Assembly (NCBI GenBank): GCA_965649765.1
Contig: OZ287752.1
Span: forward strand, 31,062,001-31,126,000
DNA from: Bispira polyomma
Taxonomy: Eukaryota
Direction: 5' to 3'
Length of the DNA: 64,000 nt
Each line of letters begins with the position of its first letter. The first letter of the stretch is position 1. A program made the position numbers and the translations under genes. A model generated the notes under the pieces. It saw only the letters and a list, made by a program, of their open reading frames with translations, made no database searches and was not told the origin of the DNA. Positions 52,304 through 64,000 of this stretch are shown piece by piece.

Positions 52304-53659
52304 TCAATTCCAAAAAGGTTTCCACAATGCAGAAATACTTTCCAGTCCATATTTTGTGTTCAGTGCCTGCAACAAAAAGCTTGCTCTTGTGAGAAAGTTA
52401 ATACTACCTACAGCCTGCACAAGGCTCTCTTTGTGGCTCAGTTTTACAGTATAGTTCATAACCTGTATGCCTTGCAACAATTCCATCAGAGAGTCCAATC
52501 TTCTATAGATTAAGGAAACAATTTTGATCAGGTTGTTGAAGTTGTTCACATGTGGGAGATACTTTTCAAAGTTATCCACCATTTCTGACAATTGCTTCAC
52601 AGCTAATTGCATAATGTTGCATTCCAAGTAGTTATGGCTCTGTCTTTTTTCTTTAAAAAGGTTATGTTTTAGTGCAAAATGTGGTATATCTCCTTGCTCA
52701 AAATAATTTAAGAGAGCTCGCAGAAGTAACTGAACTCCTGAATCTACACTTTGCCAAACTTCATCTTCTGGTGGGTGTGCCTCACACATCAACAAGAAGG
52801 TTGTCTTGGCCAAATATGAAGTGAAGAAAGCTTCATCATTCTCATGTTCGCCACATGAGATTGGTCTCAAATAGCGATAGAACATGCTTTTAAAGAGGAC
52901 ATAAGCATACCTCTGAAAGATGCTTATCCGTGAAAACAATTCAGTCTCAACCTCTGAAAAAGAGTACCGTCCACCTGTTTTTCCTACGACTGCTGCAACA
53001 TGAAATGTTTTTGAAATATCTTGCCGCATAATCTGGCTTGGCCATTTTCCTTCAGTGTGTAGCCAAGGAATGTCTCTGGGCCACTCTTGAAATTTTCCTG
53101 CTGCAACAAAATCCACATGAATCTCAAAGATAGTTTTACCGTTTACCTTCACAGGTAAAATCACTTGGTTATATTTAATGGATGTACCCTCTTTGTCAAT
53201 TTGTTGTGGACACATATCTATCTGTGTAGTTTTGCCCAGTAGTAGATTAAAAAAATGAAGAACCAGGCCCATTGGATCTCTAAAAGTTGAACTGTATTGT
53301 AATTCCTCTGATAATGCTGTATTTGGAATTGCTTTCCCATTTTTGCCTTCAAAAACAATGGCACCTGTACTTTCATTCTTTTTGGCGATCCGCCTTTCAC
53401 ATCCACCAGCTGAATAATACATGATATCTGTTTCGAAAATGTAATGTGTGATGTCGGGATTAACATTGTATAGTCCAAATGTACCATCTGCAAGACTTCC
53501 CTGCTGTGTATAGGACTCCAAGTCTTTGGTGAACAGCTTGCCATAACCTCCCTCGCTGAAGGCCAATCTTCTAAAAAAGGATTTGATACTGTTCAGCAAG
53601 CTGGAGGATATTTCTGCATATTTTGTTAAGCATGGAATTAGTTTGTCTGTAGATGCCAT
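52304..53659 (-). CDS. Mab-21/cGAS-like receptor (cGLR) nucleotidyltransferase, paralog B, intact 451 aa
   Basis: GSLADG...ETD and HVDFV acidic triad; EWP, RYSFSEVETELF, TSYLAKT, IPHF..NLF Mab-21 motifs; uninterrupted ORF. Confidence 0.9.
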   Translation of the reverse strand: MASTDKLIPCLTKYAEISSSLLNSIKSFFRRLAFSEGGYGKLFTKDLESYTQQGSLADGTFGLYNVNPDITHYIFETDIMYYSAGGCERRIAKKNESTGAIVFEGKNGKAIPNTALSEELQYSSTFRDPMGLVLHFFNLLLGKTTQIDMCPQQIDKEGTSIKYNQVILPVKVNGKTIFEIHVDFVAAGKFQEWPRDIPWLHTEGKWPSQIMRQDISKTFHVAAVVGKTGGRYSFSEVETELFSRISIFQRYAYVLFKSMFYRYLRPISCGEHENDEAFFTSYLAKTTFLLMCEAHPPEDEVWQSVDSGVQLLLRALLNYFEQGDIPHFALKHNLFKEKRQSHNYLECNIMQLAVKQLSEMVDNFEKYLPHVNNFNNLIKIVSLIYRRLDSLMELLQGIQVMNYTVKLSHKESLVQAVGSINFLTRASFLLQALNTKYGLESISALWKPFWN

Positions 53660-53693
53660 ATTTTAATATACATATTAACTTTAATAAGTTAAA

Positions 53694-54010
53694 CTAGAGA
53701 GCCTTGTTATCAAATGATAAACATATACTTGCGTCCATAGAAATTTCTACCTACAAGCACTGTAGACACTATATTTACTATTTAGAGCACAATGAAATAA
53801 AAGCCCTAAAAACTGGGTTACTATTTATATACACACAATATCTTTTGGCAGACAAGTCAGGCCAGTATACAAATCTTATCAATGTTTTGTCCTCCCTCAA
53901 AGACCACACACACACACACACACACACACCAATTTATGCGTACTGAATAGCCTGGCCACAAGGGTATCCAAATTTTGTAAAAAGTGTCTCTGGATGACCG
54001 TCCACCCTTC
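53694..54010. mobile_element. Small insertion with 9-bp flanking direct repeat just upstream of the cGLR-B ATG
   Basis: TAAGTTAAA at 53685-53693 and 54011-54019; the paralog A flank (18471-18500) has a single GAGTTAAA and lacks the insert. Confidence 0.7.
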
Positions 54011-54844
54011 TAAGTTAAATGGTATAAAGTATTTGTATCATATATGAATTGTTTACACCAAGAAACTACATTCTGTTGAACAGCCTTTAAATATATGTAC
54101 AGATGTTTTGCATACCACCCACTCTGTGGGTACTAAATCTGAAATAAATTATTTTTGGCTTTTTAAAATTTTTTTATGTACTCTAAACAGCCACATCCTT
54201 TTTATATACTTTCTAATTGGATGTGTTATTACAATGGGGTAATTAACAGACTGCACACAGGAGACGTTTGGTACTACTCCACTAAATTACAAACACTGCT
54301 TTGGGATGAATCATACACATACATAGTGAACATATGTCACAGCTAATCTGACAGTATAAATCTGATTATATCTCCTGGATATAGTCCTTATTTATAGCTG
54401 CCCAGGACTCTGAGTATATTAATACAAAAGTAAACAACTGTGATAGATTGAAATGGCCAGTTTATTAAGGATGCTGTAAAAAAGTAAATGTTTTTAAGTC
54501 AGTTCCCTTGACTCTTAGTCTGTGTACAAGAACTGGTCAACATCTTCTTCCCCGAAACCACAGGTAGTACAGACTTCCTGTTTTTTCTTATAGATACTTG
54601 GAGTAATTATCTAGGACGTTTCTAAAATTTATCCTCATTTTGGCTTTACCTGGGTCTATAACATTTTGAAATCTTACCTGTACAAACAACACTTTATTTG
54701 ACAACTTCTTCTCTAGAACTACTGAAGGGATACATCTGAATTTGTTCATGGCATTCTGGTCAGACTTGTAGTTTTTCTTAGTCACATTTAATAAATCATA
54801 TAAATTTTTAAATTTTTGTATAGATTGCCAATCAAAATGAAAAC

Positions 54845-56260
54845 ACCCATTATCTCGGAAAGGTGCAAGATAGAGTGATTAAAACCTCGTTTTCGGCCCA
54901 CGAGCATCTTGTTCAGGTGTGTATGACAACTTTTCAATAATTTTCCTATTTTGGTGGCCATCTTGAATTTCTGTATCTTTTCCGGAAATGTCCGCTATGT
55001 CAGAAACGATGTTAGATAGAACAATTTCAACCTCAATTTGATTCCACAGGGCATCTTGTTTAAAGTCTATGACAACTTTTCACAACTTCCACAAATTATT
55101 GCATCTTTCCAGAAATGTCCGCTTTTTCAGAAACAATGTGAGATGGAACAATTTCGACCTCATTTATGGTCCACAGGGTATTCTCTTCAGAGTCTATAAC
55201 AAATTTTTTCTTTTTGGCGACCATCTTGAATTTCCGGGTCTTTTCCGGAAACGTCCGTTATCTAGAAAACGATTCGAGATTGATCAATTTTAAACTTATT
55301 TTCGAACCACAGAGCATCTTCTTTATGGCCTATGACAATTTTTCAGAAAATTTCCAATTTTGGTGGCCATTTCTGGTGTTTTTTTTCTGGTAACGTCTGT
55401 TAACCTAAAAATGGTGTGAAATAGAGTGATTTCGACCTCTTTTTTAAGCCACAGCATCTTGTTCAAGGTCTATGACAACTTTTTAGGAATTTTCAAATTT
55501 TGAATCTTTGTGTCTTTTCAACTCAGAAATGATGAAAGATAAAACGATTTCAACCTCATTTTTGGCCCACAGGGCATCTTATTCTGGGTCAGGGACAACT
55601 TTTCAGAAATTTTTGCGGTGGCCACCTTGAATTGACGCGTCTCTTCCGGAAATATCTGTTATCTTGTATTGTAATGTTAGCCTATAAGAAAACCATGGTG
55701 AAACAATCTTATGCACATTTGACCTACAACTTTGGGTTCAAGGTGAAATTGGTGTCATAAAGGTCAATTTAACTTTTTGAGTATCTTGTTTCAATCAAAT
55801 AATTGATTTTTACAAGTTCATTTTCACTCCCCAATTTTTTTTTCCTATTGTTTTATACTAAAATGCAACTTTCAATTACGGACCTTCTACTATCCAAAAA
55901 AATTCTGATGTGCAGAACATAAAGGCTCTACTGTAAAGAATGCCATCAAACTTGCTACAGTATCTCTGTATTGATCCGTAACCTCAAAGGTAAGGTACCC
56001 CTTTTATTACCCCCTAAAGGGCCAATTTTTATGTTTTTGTTTGACTGTTGGGTTTTGAGACATGGATTGTATTGTGAGCATATGGGAAACCAGGGTCACA
56101 GAATCTAATACACGGGTCAAATTTGATCTTTGAGCTTGCATTTAAGGTCAAGTTGGGATCATGAAGGTCAACTTCCAGTATTTTTGTCATATCTCAAAAA
56201 ATATTACTTGTAAACATGCCAATAAACTGACTAGGGTATTTCTGTATGACTCAATAATCT
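54845..56260. repeat. Tandem ~130-bp array (~6 units) plus flanking segment repeated at ~59830-60545; probable non-autonomous transposon with internal satellite
   Basis: Recurring ACAGGGCATCTTGTT..TATGACAACTTTT units; 55670-56260 aligns to 59905-60545. Confidence 0.7.
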
Positions 56261-56928
56261 TAATAATCATGATGGTCATCGATGAGAAGGAAGCTGACTA
56301 TAAATATTGTTTAAACATATATACGGGTAGTATTAATTTTGTAGATGTGTGCATACTTGTCAGTTTTACCATTTATCTCATAATCAAAAGTTTGCTTGCC
56401 AGTATTGCTAACAAAATTTGCCTCAAACCTGAAATTTACTGAAATTTGGTAATTGTTTATTGTCAGTATGATGAAATCTAGCAGCTTAGAATTTTAAAGT
56501 CATGACTACTTTCAGAAACTTCTTATTGCACACAACAAGAAAAGATAATGTGTACTTGGGAAGTGGAACTTGAAGCAATTATATTAATCCTTCGGTGTAA
56601 CCTTCTACTGGATTTTAATGTCGCCATTTTCTCCAGTCAGTGACTGATTGGAAATAGTATTAGTAGTCTTGTTAAGACTTATATTTCACTTCATTGTGTT
56701 AGAGATTTTATTTATTTATTGTAACATTATTCTGTAAATAATATATTGGAGATTGTATTCTAATTATAGTAAATTGTGCAGTGTTGTCACTACTACTGTG
56801 CATACTGCTGTGTACACTGATGTTCAAAAATTCAACAATACCTTGAGCCTCAGGAATCTTTAAACAAAGCTACAATATCAACCACATTAGTGTTCAAATT
56901 CATGATTTTCCCCTTCCCAGCACTGTAA

Positions 56929-57754
56929 AGTGCGGATTCCACATTCAGGATTTAGTCCCTGACCTTCCTGACTTTGTGATCGATAACAGAAAAATCGGCA
57001 GAACGTATCAAAAAAGTTTGATATCTTGTAAAAGTGTCCCGACTTGTGTCCCCAACCTCTAAAAACGGGAAGGTCGGCTTCAGCAAATAAGTTTGATCCT
57101 ATTGGCAATACGTTCTGTCTGATAGGTCTTAATATCACTCCCGGCCTGTCCTAACGCTGGCCTGTCGAAACATATAGGTCAGGGGTGAAAAAAGGGGGTG
57201 GTCTGGAAGGTTCGGAAGAAATTTATGTATGAAAACACATATAAAAAGCCCATTTTGTCAGTCTCGATAACGAAAATCAGTTTAAAAGTTGTTTACCTTT
57301 GCGACATCAAACCCACTTCCGGTACAGTTCATGTACGCGAACGATGAAATTATTTGCTGCTATTTACACCAAATTTCCACCAAAAATGTGGTCTTAACAG
57401 GTATTATTTCTTCTATTTTAGTTGCAATAAGCCCATTTTGTCAGTCTTTATTACCATAATCGTCCCGACTTCGACTTTTAGTACGTTCGATCTTGATGGT
57501 CTGTGTAGTGAATCCGTCAGAAGCTATTGGCGATACGTTCGATCCTAGGACGATACGTCAGATCCTATCACCAATAAGTTCGATCCTATATAGGTTCAAG
57601 TAAGATCGGGGTCAGCCTCCCGTTCGGTCTGAAAGGTCGCGCATATTTTAATTTTTCCGCCCAAAAATGGATTATTGATTTTTTTTGCCACGGCCTTCCC
57701 AACTTTAAAATCAGGCCCATTTTGCCGATGGAACTTGAATATGGAACCCCCCCT
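56929..57754. mobile_element. PIF/Harbinger-like MITE with TAA TSD
   Basis: Imperfect 13-bp TIRs; TAA at 56926-56928 and 57755-57757; empty site CACTG-TAA-AGCTCTGCAGG in the paralogous block at 24731-24749. Confidence 0.8.
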
Positions 57755-58553
57755 TAAAGCTCTGCAGGGAGACTGATTGTAAAACACTTTTAAAAGTCTT
57801 CTATTTTAAAACAGGCAGAATAATAATTTTTTTCCTATTAAATTCTTAATAAGTGTATGCTAATACAGCTCTGAAGTAATATCTCAAATAGAGACCCATA
57901 CTGAGAAAATTAGGGGGTCTGCACTTAATGGATCATGTGCAATAATTACTTCGAATACTGTAGTTTGTTTGGACTAATGTTCCATAGGGATGTAGATGTT
58001 ATCAAATAACCTCACTTTGACCTTGGAATAATAACTATCAGTCTGAAATTTTGAGAAACTACTTGTCATAAGTATAAAGGGTAAAGGGGCACTAGGGTAA
58101 GGGTGCCAGGTAAGAGGGCCTCATCACACAAAAACATTAATCCCAGTTGGGGTAGAGGGTTGGTAAGGACCAAATATAGTACAATTCTTGACATCTACAT
58201 CTCTTTGTACTATTTGCCTCATTATCCAAGCCTAACCAATAAACAATACTGAACTCCATATTTTTGGCAGAGTGTTGTCTCTGACTAAAGTGCCTGAAAA
58301 CTGGGGTGGACTTTTGATGGGTTTGGGGAAGTTTTTTTGTGGCTTCTTCCAGTAGGCTCAGAGTATGATGACTCAATCTGTTGCCAGGTATACGTGTACC
58401 TGGCTCTGGAGTATTGAATGTTGAACTTTATCCCACTTATAGGTGGTTAAGTGCTGGGATGGAGCTGTGTCACTTGCACTCATGGTTATATACCCAAGTG
58501 AATAATATAAAAGTTTGTTTGAACTTGGTGCAGGTGACAGGAGTAATCTGACT

Positions 58554-58614
58554 GCCTTATATATTAATATTGGTTAATATATTTCGAACTCCTATGGGTA
58601 TTCTCATCAGAGGC
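58554..58614 (-). ncRNA. Type I hammerhead ribozyme (inverted copy)
   Basis: Reverse complement of 59182-59242 with one change in the stem II loop. Confidence 0.85.
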
Positions 58615-59181
58615 TGTATTAGAATCACCTTTTTTGCTTTAAGGTGGTAAAATGAATATAGTGTCAGTGGTATTTGTGTAACAATCATAACTACCAAATT
58701 TATATGTGGTTTACTTGCCATATATTTACCAAATGTACATTAACGCATTCACACATACTCACACTGAACTAACCTGTGTTTATGTATATATTACATGTTA
58801 ATTTTACCTAGTACCACATATGGTTCTTTTCCTTGGTCTATTGAAAACCATGGATAAATGAAATCCAATTAAAGCACATCTTTTGGATTCTATATTTTAT
58901 TCAGATAAAAATATTAATTATACTCCACACAGGTATAATTATAATCATTTATATTATATTATAAAATATTATGTATATCTGCCTTTATTAACTGTACACT
59001 ATCTGTGGACCCTACCTGGTCACCTTAATTAGGTGTAATCATGGTTTTGAGCCTCCACAACACCTGGAAATGACTTAGAGCCCATATAGAGCTCTACTTA
59101 GCTCAACTGCTCCACCGGATCAGGCGGAGTTGGGCGGAGTTCATTTTACCACCTTAAGGCAAAAAAGGTGATTCTAATACA

Positions 59182-59242
59182 GCCTCTGATGAGAATACCC
59201 TTAGGAGTTCGAAATATATTAACCAATATTAATATATAAGGC
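59182..59242 (+). ncRNA. Type I hammerhead ribozyme
   Basis: GCCT-CTGATGA-[GAA..TTC stem II]-GAA-ATATATTAA/ccaata/TTAATATAT (9-bp stem III)-A-AGGC; predicted cleavage after AUA at 59238. Confidence 0.85.
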
Positions 59243-60559
59243 AGTCAGATTACTCATGTCACCTGCACCAAGTTCAAACAAACTTTTATATTATTAACTT
59301 GTCATAAGTATTCAGTATTATAAATTTAGATGTGTGACGTAACAGTGCTCACTGACAGTTGATTAGTCCATCTTTGAATTTGCTGTGCAAGTCAGTTACC
59401 TGTATCTTAGGGGGTTTCGGCTTTACTATAGTTTTTATGCAAGTAATACCTTGAGATCTATAAAATGTAATTCATTAGTTTTTAAAAAAAAGAGCATAAC
59501 CTCAGTTGTCACAAACAAAATATTAATTATTTGATGTGATATTCTAGGGCTTGGGTTCAAATCATTGTTTGTAGGTTAGTCTTGCAACCTTAGAGAAATA
59601 TGTTTTATGAATATGCTCATCACTGTGCAACAAGCTGGAGGAACTTCAGAATTACCTATTCATAACAGGTTCTCAATATAAATTCTCTATAGTATGCAAT
59701 GACTATTCATTCAAATACTAAAGTACTATGCTGGCTTTGTCAGTGTATTTAATTCAAAACCAACCACAGAAGAAAAAAGACAGTAAAAAGTTATAAAGAG
59801 CATTTAACCTATACGTACCCAGTGTGACTGGGCCACATGACAAATTTTCAGAAATTTTCTGATTTGGCCCGTAATCTTGAATTTCCTTCCGTCATCTTGG
59901 AATGTATTGTTAGCCTATAGGAAACAAGGGTCAGGCAATCTTATGAACTGGTCACATTTGACCTACAACTTTAGATTCAAGTACAAACTACGGTCACAAA
60001 GGTCAATTTAACTTTTCAGTATCTTGTGTGATACCTCAAAAAAGTAACAATAGAACCTCTATTATCCAATCCTCTAATATTTGAATATTAGATTTCACTA
60101 ATTCAATGTCATTCACAAAAGTGTTTTTTTGCTATTGTTTTATACTAAAATGCAACTTCTACTTTACTGACCTTCTTTATCCAAACAAATTATTACTCTC
60201 CCAAGATGTCCGTAACATAGAGATGCTACTGTACTTGGAATGCCACCAAACTTGCTACAATATCTCCATAATCTTAAAGGTAAGATTTTTCAACAACTTT
60301 TATGACCCCCCAAAAGGGCCACTTTTTATGTTTTTGCTTTGCATTTTGTTTACTATTGGATTTAGAGACATGGAATGTATTGTGAGCATATGGGAAACCA
60401 GGGTCACTGAATCTAATACACTGGTCAGAATTTATCTCTGAGCTTGGATTCAAGGGCAAATTGGGATAAAGGTAAATTTGCAGTTTTTTCTATCATATAG
60501 AATATTATTTGTAATGCCATTTACCTGACTAAGGTATTTCTGTATAACTTGTAACTCGT

Positions 60560-61907
60560 AATTAGACTTTTATCACACTTTATCTACCCTTTACACCGGG
60601 AACTCTAAGGCGCACCAGCACAAAGGACAGTAATCCAATTTCCAAAATCAAGGGACAGAAAAGGGTCAGCACCAAAGAGCGTGCTGGGGGATGATTGAAA
60701 CTAAGGTGGGTATGCTTTAGTGTACAAGTGGGTTTTAAGCTGCTTTCTAAAACAGGCTAGTGAGGGGGAAGCACGAATCACATCAGGAAGAGCATTCCAA
60801 ACAATGGGAGCATCAAAAGCAAAGCTGTGACCAAACTGTTTAACCGATTTTTGAGTAGATGGGTGGAACTTCGGAACTTATAAACAAGTGTAGCTGTCTT
60901 AAACACTGAACGCTGTTCAACAGGGAGCCAATGCAATTTCTTAAGGACAGGAGTTATACTGGTGTATCGACTGGTGTTTGACACAATTCTAGCTGCACTA
61001 TTTTGAATGCATTATAATTTACGTAAATTAAACTTTGAAAGACTCCTGAAAAACGAATTGCAGTAATCCAGTCTACTACTGACAAAAGCATTGGCCACAA
61101 GTATAGAAGCATCATAAGTGAGACACCGCCTGACACGTCTAAAGTCCCGGAGTTGCACAAAACAGCTTTTGCAGAAGACACTCTGAACGTGTTTAGAGAA
61201 AGAAAAGTCAGAGTCAAACCATACACCTTCTTGACAGAATCATCTGGGCTGAAAGGGCTACCCAGAATGTCAACTGGAAATAATGCTTTCAACTTATCCC
61301 TCTGTTGTTTTGAGCCAAAGATTATGAACTCAGTCTTGTCGGGATTAAGTTTGAGTTTACCAGTTGCTATCCACTCTTTCACATCGTCAAGGCATCTGTT
61401 TAACTGTTCAAAGGCAGTAGATGTGTTCTTATGGGATAGGTGCACATAAATTTGGGTATCATCTGCATAAAAATGAATTTAATATCTGTGTTTTTGCCAA
61501 AAACCAATCTCAGATGGGCAGTGTACAATAAGAACAACAGAGGGCCCAAAACAGAACCCTAAGGAACACCAAACAAGAGTCCACAAAGATCGGACAAAGC
61601 AGAGCCAATTTCCATCGACCGACAATGATCAGTCAAGTAGAAAGTGAACCACTCAAAAACAGAGCCCCCAATTCCAAACCAAGTCTGAAGACAACTGAGA
61701 AGCGTGGAACAACCAATGGTGTCAAAGGCAGCAGAGAGGCCAAGCAACACCAGGGCAGCAGGTTTCCCGCCCCAACAAAGACAGGCGAACTTCACTCCTC
61801 ATAGACAGAAGAGCTGTCTCAGTTGAATGACCTGTCCCATACACAGACTGGCATGGGCCGCCCAAGTCGTGGACAAAGATGTGATCCAACAGTTGCCCAG
61901 CAAACAT
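60560..61907 (-). mobile_element. 5'-truncated L2-type LINE fragment with an A-to-G hypermutated 5' segment
   Basis: HSTETALL, LSAAFDT, GVP.GSVLGP, YADDTQIY, LKLNPDKTEF, LHWLPV motifs across shifted frames. Confidence 0.88.
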
Positions 61908-62273
61908 AACTCAATAATCTTATAAAGTATAACTCACTAATCTTAGTGGAAATGTTCAAATTTTAGGGGTGGCGAATTTCAGATACAGTGGTCAATTTTA
62001 GATTCTTTGCTTAAGTTATTCTGTGGTGCTTTAAAATCGGGAGCAGTTGTAATAACTGACTGCTGTCAATGTCACAGCCCCGGTTTTGAAGGGCTGGAGG
62101 GAGCTGACCTCATTAACATGTATATTACGATGATGTGTGACATGTATCACATGCATAAAAGTTAAAGATGGTAAATTTTTGTCCAACTTATGAACTGAAA
62201 TACAGTTAGCCTAGCTACTTTAATATTAAATACAAGATTCAAGATGTTTCTAAAAATAGAAAAGTCACCCTAT

Positions 62274-62626
62274 AAGGGCCAATATACCTGGCCGATTGTG
62301 CATCGGAATCCGTCATACGGCGTCCCCTTCCGTCATTCGATATCAGAATTTGAGGATACATGTACACTACATCCGAAAAACAGACCGATTTATGTAGTAT
62401 TCCTGTTTTGAATGAAAATTTGAAAATAAAAATGAATAAAATGATTTTACTTTACCGTCCATCATCCAAACAAAATTAGTCTGGGACCAATTTTGAGCAA
62501 TTGTCTCCCGAGGTGATGTCTGCCAGGTGTATCCTACTTTTCTTTTTTCCTAGTTTTTAATTTTTTAGGCTGACGAAAACGGCCGTCGGATTCGGAAGCA
62601 AAATCAGACAGGTGTATTCGCCCCTT
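62274..62626. mobile_element. MITE with imperfect TIRs; related copy at ~20830-21078
   Basis: AGGGCCAATATACCTG vs reverse complement AGGGGCGAATACACCTG; shared GCCAGGTGTAT..GGATTCGGA block. Confidence 0.55.
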
Positions 62627-62738
62627 TAGGCTGACCTGCATGTACTGCACTTTAACTAGCCCTCAGGGTGTATACCTAGGCTTCAGATATTAAACCACAT
62701 GGTGGCTGTCTGCCCTGCTCTATTTCTGTGTGCATAAA

Positions 62739-64000
62739 TGTGACGATCCCGGGGTTTCCGATTCCCGAGATTTGCGGCGCTCCGAGTTTTAGTACCCTCC
62801 CGTTTTCCGGTTCACCGCGAGGTCACAGGGATTTGGTAAACAAGCTAAAAATAGCAGCGAGGGTCCAGCCTAAGTAAACAAGTTTGGATTAACCACAGGG
62901 ATCCGTGGATAAAGGATGGGAGATAGCTTGGGTGCTTGACCAATGACAATCCCTTTTACACCCAGAGATTCCCAACTTTGGGTAGATAAACCAATAGGGT
63001 AGGTTGTAACTGTTTTTTTTTTTTTTTGGGGGGGGGGGTGATCTGGGGGAACTTCTGGATGCCTCAGGGTAGATTCTGTCTCTTTGGTGCTGGGATGTTG
63101 GTGAGGAAGGACCTGCATCACTTCATAGGTATGGTTTTAAGTTCTAATATGTGAGCTTTTATCATGTTTGGTGGGGATAGGGGGGCCGTGGGATATTAGG
63201 GAATCATCTCATCATTATTCTAAATTTATTATAATAAAATCATGTAAACTAGGGAGTTATAAAAATTAATATTTGAACTTTATTTGTTAGGGGAGGAATA
63301 CATTTCTCAGGTAATGGCCATTATTTTGGGATCTTGACCTCCATTGGCTATTTCTATTCATCCTAGACCGACATGTCTGAAAACTGTAGTTTGATTTCAT
63401 ACATTTTCATATTTCATATAAAATACTCTAGGCTAGGATTGGTCTTCCTATGTGGGTCAGTTTTCCTGTTTAGACCAGGGGAAGGACTTGGGTCCATAGT
63501 GCAGATGGGCTGGCTTGGTATTTTTTTATTATTCATATAAAACAGGTGACTGCACCCCTGTTGGTTGCTAACTTCTGGGGGATAGGTACATTGGAGGTTT
63601 GGCTGGGGATTATACCTGGACAGTCACGGGGCTCGGGTAGTTTACCCAGGGTGGCCCTGGCTTAAAAGCATCTCCTATGAGGGTTCTGTGGCAGTTGGCC
63701 CAGAATTAGAACCCTGCACCCATTCAATAGTTATCCATCATTCATTAATTCATCATTCATTTCACTGAGTTATTTCCTTGGTCTCTCTCCTATAACTCCA
63801 CGAAGTGGGATACAGTGCTAGCGGTAGGAACCCTGGGGTTGGGACAGTCCGGTAAATTTCGGCCGGCTGCGTCTCGGCTTTGGCCATGATTCAGCTTCCT
63901 GTGATCTCCTCACTGTTATCACTCAAAGGGACATTATTACCGCGAGTCTATAGGTTGGGTATTATGGATTGGGAAATGGTTATGGTAATGGTAGGGCTGG
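62739..64000. mobile_element. Possible LTR or other retroelement terminal sequence running off the window
   Basis: Abrupt TGTGACG start and rise in GC content; no partner repeat visible in the window. Confidence 0.3.

Larger units (their letters stand above)
58076..59296. mobile_element. Penelope-like element insertion with inverted pseudo-LTR segments
   Basis: 15-bp TSD ACTTGTCATAAGTAT (58061-58075, 59297-59311); 156-bp inverted repeat (58501-58656 vs 59140-59295, 3 mismatches); GIY-YIG C-terminal-like peptide PVFRHF..HS..R..ELYYIW.LPTLYP (58137-58376, minus). Confidence 0.8.

Noticed and set aside
63480-64000. Second A-to-G edited tract (G-rich sequence)
   Set aside because: No coding motifs or second copy to infer ancestral bases; cannot be supported from this window.

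Overview
AT-rich, repeat-dense eukaryotic DNA, probably from an invertebrate animal (inferred from the transposon families); no prokaryotic operon, rRNA or CRISPR signal. The only host-type genes are two paralogous single-exon Mab-21/cGAS-like receptor (cGLR) ORFs on the minus strand, within a colinear segmental duplication. Copy B (52304-53659) is intact; copy A (17104-18456) carries one in-frame TGA. The rest is mostly transposable elements: a near full-length L1/Tx1-type LINE whose ORF1 ends in a NADAR (YbiA-like) domain (top finding), a very young Gmr1-type Gypsy element lacking its RT core, a DIRS-type tyrosine-recombinase retroelement inside an Academ-like relic, a Penelope-like insertion with two inverted type I hammerhead ribozymes, an L2 fragment with a localized A-to-G hypermutated tract suggestive of ADAR editing, plus MITEs, a SINE and tandem repeats. 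All calls come from motif reading and manual alignment; no database searches were run.
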